Below, piece after piece: positions 46,410-52,993 of a stretch of 64,000 nucleotides of DNA. This stretch comes from Thermomicrobiales bacterium (lineage in GTDB: Bacteria > Chloroflexota > Chloroflexia > Thermomicrobiales > UBA6265). The notes under the pieces are model-generated. The model was given only the letters and a program-made list of their open reading frames with translations. It searched no databases and was not told where the DNA came from. Position numbers and translations under genes: made by a program. The stretch is from contig JAHBVL010000002.1 in the NCBI GenBank assembly GCA_019637585.1, forward strand, positions 380,023 through 444,022. Direction: 5' to 3'. How positions within the stretch are numbered: position 1 is the first letter of the stretch; every line of letters begins with the position of its first letter.

Positions 46410-47105
46410 TCACTGAAGCGCGAAAAACATCCGCTCGTTGTCGTCAAAACTGAACAGTGGCTCCAAGACCATGACAATGGTGGCGGCTTCGTCTTCGGGA
46501 ATCTGCCAGCAAACGTTGGCGACCACTGTGCCACCGGGATAGAGCTCCGGTGCATTCATGATGCTGTTTGGCAACGATCCACAGCTGACTGTTTGGTCCG
46601 TATCGGCATAGGCAAGCCCCCTGGCGCCGACTACTTTGTAGCTCAAATCCCAGAAGATATTCCCCGTTTCGATTCCCTGATAGGTAAACTCCAGTGACGC
46701 CATGACCATGGTATTGCCCGGGGCAGCAGGATCATTGAATTGATTCTCGGCAAGCACCGCCGCTTCAGCATCAAAGTCAACAGACACTACGCTGATCAGG
46801 TAATCGCCCACTACCCCCGACTCACCTTTGGCGAGTGGGCCGGTCAGCGTCGAGCCGTCGCCGCTCGCCCCACCCGGAGCCGCCCGGGTGGTCATCCCGG
46901 CGGCTGGTGTGACGGCTGCTTCTCCAGATGGCGCCACAAGAGCAGCAACGGTTGCCTCGAGACTCGCGACGCGTTCTTCGAGTTCTGCGACCCGTCCTTC
47001 CAGGTCATCATCCTGGGCGTGGACATGCGGCGAGCCGAGCAGCGCCATCCCGGCGGCAATCGTCAGAAAAATGGAGAGCCGTCTGAGAACGAAAGGCATG
47101 CTCAT
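46410..47105 (-). CDS. secreted protein: signal peptide + coiled coil + DUF4352-like beta domain
   Basis: AGGAGG lies 7 nt before ATG 47105. 'MSMPFVLRRLSIFLTIAAGMALLGSPHVHAQ'. 'LEGRVAELEERVASLEATVAAL'. C-terminal 'VGDYLISVVSVDFDAE...' resembles DUF4352; the assignment is by eye only. Confidence 0.6.
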   Translation of the reverse strand: MSMPFVLRRLSIFLTIAAGMALLGSPHVHAQDDDLEGRVAELEERVASLEATVAALVAPSGEAAVTPAAGMTTRAAPGGASGDGSTLTGPLAKGESGVVGDYLISVVSVDFDAEAAVLAENQFNDPAAPGNTMVMASLEFTYQGIETGNIFWDLSYKVVGARGLAYADTDQTVSCGSLPNSIMNAPELYPGGTVVANVCWQIPEDEAATIVMVLEPLFSFDDNERMFFALQ

Positions 47106-47134
47106 CACCAAGCCTCCTGCGTACGAATTTGATA

Positions 47135-47235
47135 GTGGTCATAGTACCTGCAAGGACGTCACGTCGCGTCTCTCCCAAGATTCAATTCATCCGGCAGTTG
47201 CGGTGGACGCTTGCGCCCGTGCGGCGCGACGCGGC
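47135..47235. repeat. copy A of a ~100-nt conserved non-coding element
   Basis: About 70% identical to 49195-49298. Shares the perfect core TCCGGCAGTTGCGGT (47190-47204) and a small hairpin at 47155-47165. Confidence 0.85.
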
Positions 47236-47334
47236 CTCATTGACGGTCGCGGAAGCCCCACCAACCAGCAAGCATCCCGCTAACGACGAATGCGTTTGCA
47301 GACGCCGTTAGTCATGCAACTCACACCGTCGCCC

Positions 47335-49026
47335 CTACGGCACGATCTGAACGATAAATGCTCCCGGTTCGTTGTCGGAAAAGCACTGGTCTGGCTGGTT
47401 GTTGAACTCCGGCTGCATGTTGAACTGCACGAAAATCGCGACCCACGGATAGTCCACGAGCCAATCGGTCATCTCGAACTGGTAGGAGATCGTGTAGCTG
47501 TCGCTCTTGACCAGGACGTTCTCCGCATGATGGCCGGAAATTGAGTACCCGAAGCTGAAGATGCAGTTGCTGGTCGGCGGAGGGCCCCCGAACTGGATTC
47601 TGGCATTGAGATTTCCGCCTGGCGCGCAGAAAGCGCCGTAGATTGGGCCTCTTGAGGTAGCTTCCACCCATTCCAGAAAGTCGTCCGGAAAGATGAAATC
47701 GCAACCCAGCGCTCCCGGATCGTCGCTGAGCTCGTCTTCTGGCGCCGTCTCCTCCTCGGGCACGCAGACGCCATCCTCGCAGATATGCGTGTCCGCGCAG
47801 CAGATGTCGTTGGCGCAGAGACGGTGCGCCTCGCATCCGCAGGTGCCGGAGCCACCCGGACCACACGCGACCGTGTCGGGACAGCAAATCGAACCGCAGC
47901 TCTGACCACCAAGCGTTTGGCAACATTGGTAGAAGAGCGCATCCGAGTCGGTGCTGCCACAACCTGCTCCATCGATCATCTCGCAGATCGTGGGAATCCC
48001 GGTCAGCTCGTGAAACGCCTCACCTGCCAACTCTGTCGCCAGGTCGAATAGGTCGCCGATTCGTTCCTCGATGCGTGATTCGGGTATCCGGGCGAGAAAC
48101 GGCATCCGCCTCAGGTGAATATCGATGGCCCAACGAATGGTCTCGGCCTTCACCCATGCTTGCCCCGCGTACTGCTTCAGGAGGTTCATAGCCTGGGTGT
48201 CGGCCATCGAGAGCGCCTTACCCATCACGCGGCCGAAGACGATCTCGCAAGACACTAGTCCGACACCCGAACACATCTGGTGATAGAAGCGCGTGCAGCC
48301 GGCAGTGGACAAAGGCGTCGCGCCTGAGGACGTTTGCGCCGCCAGGGCTTTCACCTCTCCGCCGCCGGCGGTTGACTCAGGGGCTTCGTCCATCGCCGCC
48401 CGCAACTCATCGATGGTGATCGATCCCAGTTCCCCGTCGATGACGAAAAGGAGCGTCGCCCGTGCGGTTCCCGGCTCGATCACGGCGGAGACCAATGACC
48501 GGACAGGGTCACGGTCGAAGTCGGTGATGTACGACAGTCTGGCTTCCCTGCCCGCCGCGTCGATATAGGGTTCTCCGGTGAACTCACGAAGCGTGGCGCC
48601 GCTCGTATCGACGAGAAAGAGCGTCGAGAGGGCAGATCGAGGCGCAAACCCGCGATCGGCCAGCTCCGACCTCAATATCTGCACCTGCTCGGTCAGAGGT
48701 CCGTCCGCTGCGCTGCCTCGCTCGATGGCCAGGTCGCGCTGAACCTCGGAGAAGCAGGTCACGGAACAGGTATCCGGCTCGACAATTCCCGCCGCGAGAT
48801 CGATCTGCAGGACGTGGCACTGGCCATCACCCGGGCATGGTGTCGCACTACCCTCCTGGTCCGAACCTCCCCCGCGGAGCTCGCCTTCCTGCAGCGATGC
48901 TGCGGCTTCGCCAGTTCGAAACGTGAATGCGGCGAGCAAACCACCGGCGATTGACCTGAAGAGACTGCGTCGCCCCGTGGTCGCTGCGAATCGCCGGGCG
49001 AAGGAATCGAATCCAGACTCGTTCAA
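47335..49026 (-). CDS. Tat-signal secreted Cys-rich protein, no recognisable domain
   Basis: 'TGRRSLFRSIAGGLLAAF' twin-arginine signal. Cys-rich block 'CCQTLGGQSCGSICCPDTVACGPGGSGTCGCEAHRLCANDICCADTHICEDGVCV'. 563 aa. Confidence 0.6.
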   Translation of the reverse strand: MNESGFDSFARRFAATTGRRSLFRSIAGGLLAAFTFRTGEAAASLQEGELRGGGSDQEGSATPCPGDGQCHVLQIDLAAGIVEPDTCSVTCFSEVQRDLAIERGSAADGPLTEQVQILRSELADRGFAPRSALSTLFLVDTSGATLREFTGEPYIDAAGREARLSYITDFDRDPVRSLVSAVIEPGTARATLLFVIDGELGSITIDELRAAMDEAPESTAGGGEVKALAAQTSSGATPLSTAGCTRFYHQMCSGVGLVSCEIVFGRVMGKALSMADTQAMNLLKQYAGQAWVKAETIRWAIDIHLRRMPFLARIPESRIEERIGDLFDLATELAGEAFHELTGIPTICEMIDGAGCGSTDSDALFYQCCQTLGGQSCGSICCPDTVACGPGGSGTCGCEAHRLCANDICCADTHICEDGVCVPEEETAPEDELSDDPGALGCDFIFPDDFLEWVEATSRGPIYGAFCAPGGNLNARIQFGGPPPTSNCIFSFGYSISGHHAENVLVKSDSYTISYQFEMTDWLVDYPWVAIFVQFNMQPEFNNQPDQCFSDNEPGAFIVQIVP

Positions 49027-49194
49027 GGGACAACTCCGTCGCGCTGGTCACCGGCAGCCGGCTACATGGAGCCCGGCGAACCAGCACGTGACGAGCACGA
49101 ATCACTACAACGGCGCGGCCCGCACGACCACCCTGCATTCGTACCCACATGGATCGACCGATCCTAAATCACCATACATAAGGTCGTCAAGTCG

Positions 49195-49298
49195 TTGGTC
49201 CCGCTACCTGCGAGGGCGAAACGCCCCCTCCCCTTCCCAGAATCACCTCTTCCGGCAGTTGCGGTATACGCTAGTGCTTGATGCGGCGTGACCGCAGC
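49195..49298. repeat. copy B of the ~100-nt conserved non-coding element
   Basis: Core TCCGGCAGTTGCGGT at 49251-49265 and a hairpin at 49214-49226. Ends 26 nt before the iron-permease-family gene start. Confidence 0.85.
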
Positions 49299-49323
49299 AT
49301 CTTTGATTCGGGAGGGGACACCT

Positions 49324-49695
49324 ATGGCCAGCTGGTTCTCGCATTTCTCCGCCCGGATGGCGACGATCGCCGGTCGGTGGGAGACGTTCATCGCCGCCTT
49401 TCTCCTCGTCGTACTGTGGGCGGCCTCGGGGCCGTTCTTCGGCTTCTCCGACGCCTGGCAGCTCGTCATCAACACCGGCACCACAATCAGCACCGGCCTG
49501 ATGGTCTTTCTCATCCAGAACTCCCAGAATCGCGACTCAGCCGCTATCCATCTGAAACTCGACGAGCTGATCCGGGCCACCGAAGCAGCCGACGATGCGA
49601 TCATTGAGGCGGAAGAGGAAACCGATGCCGAGCTGGCATCGCTGAAGCAGATGTATCTCTCGCTGATCGAAGCGCATCACAAAGAGCGATCGTGA
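49324..49695 (+). CDS. low-affinity iron permease family (PF04120-like) small membrane protein
   Basis: 'FSARMATIAGRWETFIAAFLLVVLWAASGPFFGFSDAWQLVINTGTTISTGLMVFLIQNSQNRDSAAIHLKLDELI'. RBS gggagggg precedes ATG 49324. Confidence 0.7.
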   Translation: MASWFSHFSARMATIAGRWETFIAAFLLVVLWAASGPFFGFSDAWQLVINTGTTISTGLMVFLIQNSQNRDSAAIHLKLDELIRATEAADDAIIEAEEETDAELASLKQMYLSLIEAHHKERS

Positions 49696-49818
49696 CCCGC
49701 TCCGGGATCCGGGGAACTCTGGCGCGGCGCGAGCCGTTATTCCGGTATGGTTGGGGTTGATACGCCTCGGCACACCGGCGCTTTCGTGCTGACCCAGCGA
49801 GGTACAGAAAGGACACCA

Positions 49819-51069
49819 ATGAAACGCTTGCCCCTCCTCCTGGTGGCGCTGTTGATCTCACCCCTCGTCGCGGGGGTGTCCAGCGCACAGACCGACCAGC
49901 AGTCGACGCTCGTCGCCGGCAACTCGACCTTCGCCTTCGATCTCTATGCGCAGCTGCGCGACAGCACCGATGGCAATCTGGTCTTCTCCCCGTACAGCGT
50001 CTCACAAGCGCTGGCTATGACCTATGCCGGCGCGCGCGGCGAAACCGCTGAGCAATTGGGGACCGCTCTGGCTTTTGGCGTCGAGCAGGATGCCCTTCCG
50101 GAGATTTTCTCAGCACTGAATGCGAGCCTGCTGGAACGCGGCAGTGCTGAGGCCGACGAATCCAACGGCACAGCGGCGCGCGCGCTGCGCATTGCGAATG
50201 CGCTCTGGGGCGAAGAGACATTTCCGTTCGACCCAGACTTCACCGCACTCCTCGAAGCCGCCTATGGCGCGGGTATCCAGCCAGCCGACTTCATCAACGA
50301 TCCCGAAGGCACTCGCGAGGCGATCAATGCCTGGGTCGCCGAACAAACCGAGAACCGCATTCAGGAGATCATCCCCGAGGGTGTCCTGACTCCCCTGACC
50401 CGCCTGGTTCTGGCCAACGCCATCTACTTCTATGGGGCGTGGCAATTCACCTTCGCAGAGAGCGCGACGGACGAGCAGGATTTCCATCTCCTGGATGGCA
50501 GCGTCATCGGCGTGCCGACGATGCATCAGACCGAAGATTTCCAGTACGGCGCGGCCGACGGATTGCAGATCGTCGAGCTTCCCTATCAGGGGAGCGGTAT
50601 GACATTCACGATTCTCCTTCCGGACGAAGGGGCATTCGGTGATTTCGAAAGTTCTCTTTCGTTGGAGACACTGAACAACGCGCTGGCGATTCCCACCAGC
50701 ACCGAAATCGAGCTCTACTTGCCCAAATTCGAGTTCGAGTACTCGGCCGGATTGACAGACGCCCTGAAAGCGCTGGGCATGACGGCGGCCTTCGACGGCG
50801 GCAGCGCAGATTTCACCGGCATGGTCGATGGAACACCTCCAGATCCTCTGGTCATCAGCGATGTTCTGCACAAGGCATTCATCGCCATCGACGAAGACGG
50901 CACGGAAGCGGCAGCGGTCACGGCAGTCATCGTGGGAGCCGCCGCGGCAGCTCCCGATCCCACCGAGCCACCAGTTGTTCGCATCGACCGGCCGTTTGTT
51001 TTCGTCATTCGCGACGTGGAAACAGGTACCATTCTCTTCCTGGGCCGGGTGCTCGACCCCTCCGCCTGA
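49819..51069 (+). CDS. secreted serpin (inhibitory-type hinge)
   Basis: Signal 'MKRLPLLLVALLISPLVAGVSSAQ'. 'NLVFSPYSVSQALAMTYAGARGET'. Hinge/RCL 'GTEAAAVTAVIVGAAAAAPDPTEPP'. 'DRPFVFVIRD'. Confidence 0.85.
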   Translation: MKRLPLLLVALLISPLVAGVSSAQTDQQSTLVAGNSTFAFDLYAQLRDSTDGNLVFSPYSVSQALAMTYAGARGETAEQLGTALAFGVEQDALPEIFSALNASLLERGSAEADESNGTAARALRIANALWGEETFPFDPDFTALLEAAYGAGIQPADFINDPEGTREAINAWVAEQTENRIQEIIPEGVLTPLTRLVLANAIYFYGAWQFTFAESATDEQDFHLLDGSVIGVPTMHQTEDFQYGAADGLQIVELPYQGSGMTFTILLPDEGAFGDFESSLSLETLNNALAIPTSTEIELYLPKFEFEYSAGLTDALKALGMTAAFDGGSADFTGMVDGTPPDPLVISDVLHKAFIAIDEDGTEAAAVTAVIVGAAAAAPDPTEPPVVRIDRPFVFVIRDVETGTILFLGRVLDPSA

Positions 51070-51091
51070 GCGAGCTGAGCCCCTTGCCGAA

Positions 51092-51119
51092 CCAGAGCAC
51101 GAGCGCTCTCGTGCTCTGG
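51092..51119 (+). terminator. hairpin downstream of the serpin gene
   Basis: ccagagcacgag-cgct-ctcgtgctctgg: 12-bp perfect stem, no strong T-tract. Confidence 0.5.
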
Positions 51120-51177
51120 CAACATCATCGAACGCATCTGGCGATTCCCGCACCGCCATTGGCGCCAGGAGGCATCA

Positions 51178-51963
51178 ATGCCGGCTCGAGCCATGTGGAA
51201 AGCTGAGATCGTCGCCGGCGACTTCACCGTTCCCATCCGTCTTTATTCCGTTCTCGAGAGCAAAACGGTCCGCTTCCGGCTTCTGCATGCCAAAGACCTG
51301 GAGCCGGTTTTTCAGCAGATGGTCGATCCATCGACCGGCCAACCCGTGTCCGCCGAGGAGATTCGGCGCGGAGTGGAGGTCGAACCGGGCGTCTACGTTC
51401 TGATCACCGACGAAGAGCAACAGGAGCTGACCCCTCCCGAGTCCCGCACCATCGCTGTCGAGAGGGTGGTGAACCGGAGTGCCATCGACCAGCGCTGGTT
51501 CGATCATCCCTACTATCTGGGACCGGATGGCAACACCGACAGCTACTTCGCGTTCGCCGAAGCGCTGGCATCGAGCGATCAGGTCGCAGTCGTCCAGTGG
51601 GTCATGCGCAAATCCCGGTACAACGGCGCCATTCATGCCGCCGGCGGCTATCTGATGATCCAGACTTTTCGATCCGCGGAGGAACTGCTCAAGATCGATC
51701 CGGTTCGGGTTCCCCAGAACCGGGCTCCCGACGAGCGGGAGCTGCGCCTGGCCGAACAATTGATCACGGCGCTCAAAGATGACTTCGACCCCGCCGCCTA
51801 TCAGGATGAGTACCGGAAACAGGTGCTGGAACTGATCGAGATGAAGGCATCGGGCAAACTGGTCAAGTTCCCCAAAGCGAAAAAGGAAAAGGAGGAACCC
51901 TCGCTGCTGGAAGCCCTGGAAGCGAGTCTGGGTCAACCGAGAAAGGCGGCGGCCGGTGCCTGA
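51178..51963 (+). CDS. ku: Ku DNA end-binding protein (paralogue 1)
   Basis: 'RAMWKAEIVAGDFTVPIRLYS' Ku core N-terminus; Lys-rich tail; 261 aa. Confidence 0.9.
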   Translation: MPARAMWKAEIVAGDFTVPIRLYSVLESKTVRFRLLHAKDLEPVFQQMVDPSTGQPVSAEEIRRGVEVEPGVYVLITDEEQQELTPPESRTIAVERVVNRSAIDQRWFDHPYYLGPDGNTDSYFAFAEALASSDQVAVVQWVMRKSRYNGAIHAAGGYLMIQTFRSAEELLKIDPVRVPQNRAPDERELRLAEQLITALKDDFDPAAYQDEYRKQVLELIEMKASGKLVKFPKAKKEKEEPSLLEALEASLGQPRKAAAGA

Positions 51964-52993
51964 GAAGTATCACAAGCGCCGCGACTCCGGCGAACCATTC
52001 CCATTCTGGAGTGGCACGATCAGCTTTGGTCTCGTCAGCGTGCCTGTCGATCTCTACTCGTCGGTGCGCACCCATCGCGTGCCGATGCGCATGCTCTCCA
52101 GCAAGGGCGTCCCCCTCAAGCGGAAGTACTTCTGTTCGGCGGAGAACATTCAGCTGACGCCGAAAGAGGTCGTACGAGGGTTCGAGCAGGAAGACGGCTC
52201 GTTCGTCACGGTCACCGACGAAGAACTGGAGAAACTGGCACCCCGAAAATCACGCGATATCGATCTTCGCCTCTTTGTCGATCGCAATGCAATTCCCGTG
52301 GGGCTCTATCAACGCCCCTACGTGCTGGCGCCAGGCGGGGAATCGACCAAGGCATATCATCTCCTGGCGCAAACGATGGAGGAGATGAATCTGGCGGGAA
52401 TCGCCACATTTGTCATGCGCGGAAAAGAGTATCTGGCGGCAATCACCGCGGAAGAGGGGATTCTCCGCGCCACCACCCTGCACTTCAGCGACGAGATCCG
52501 CACCCCTGACGCGATTGGTCTCCCCGACATCCAGAAAGCTCCTGATACCGTCCGAAAGAGCGCGCAAAACGCGCTGTCCTCGCTGGAGAAAGAGGAAATC
52601 GACCCCTTCCTCTTCATCGACCGGACCGCCGCCGACCTGATCGAGCTCGCAACGGCTAAACAGGAGGAATCGCGCGACGTCATCGAGGTCAGCACGGAGG
52701 TTGACACCGCAGAAGCGGATGATGACGGGGACAATGTCATCGACATCATGTCGCTGCTGCGCAAACGGATGGACGGCAAGGGAGGGTCGAGCAGCGAATC
52801 GAAGCAACCGAAGGAACGATCCGCCGAGCCACCGAAAGACCGATCGAAACGCGACGACACGAGCGTTGAAGATGCTGATCTGGAGTCGGCAAGCAAACAG
52901 GAGCTCTACGACAAGGCGTCCGAGATGGAGATCGCCGGCCGGAGCAGCATGTCCAAAGACCAGCTTCTCGCCGCGATCCGCAAAACCAGGTGA
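51956..52993 (+). CDS. ku: Ku DNA end-binding protein (paralogue 2) with an acidic/basic linker and a C-terminal HeH/Rho_N-like motif
   Basis: GTG start overlapping the ku1 end by 8 nt. 'FWSGTISFGLVSVPVDLYS'. C-terminus 'ELYDKASEMEIAGRSSMSKDQLLAAIRK'. Confidence 0.85.
   Translation: MPEKYHKRRDSGEPFPFWSGTISFGLVSVPVDLYSSVRTHRVPMRMLSSKGVPLKRKYFCSAENIQLTPKEVVRGFEQEDGSFVTVTDEELEKLAPRKSRDIDLRLFVDRNAIPVGLYQRPYVLAPGGESTKAYHLLAQTMEEMNLAGIATFVMRGKEYLAAITAEEGILRATTLHFSDEIRTPDAIGLPDIQKAPDTVRKSAQNALSSLEKEEIDPFLFIDRTAADLIELATAKQEESRDVIEVSTEVDTAEADDDGDNVIDIMSLLRKRMDGKGGSSSESKQPKERSAEPPKDRSKRDDTSVEDADLESASKQELYDKASEMEIAGRSSMSKDQLLAAIRKTR

Noticed and set aside
47129-49291. Small ORFs reading through both copies of the ~100-nt element, giving similar peptides (…FIRQLRWTL… and …LFRQLRYTL…)
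   Set aside because: Differences between the copies are not biased to synonymous positions, the flanking codons diverge completely, and there is no RBS. The similarity is explained by nucleotide conservation, not coding.
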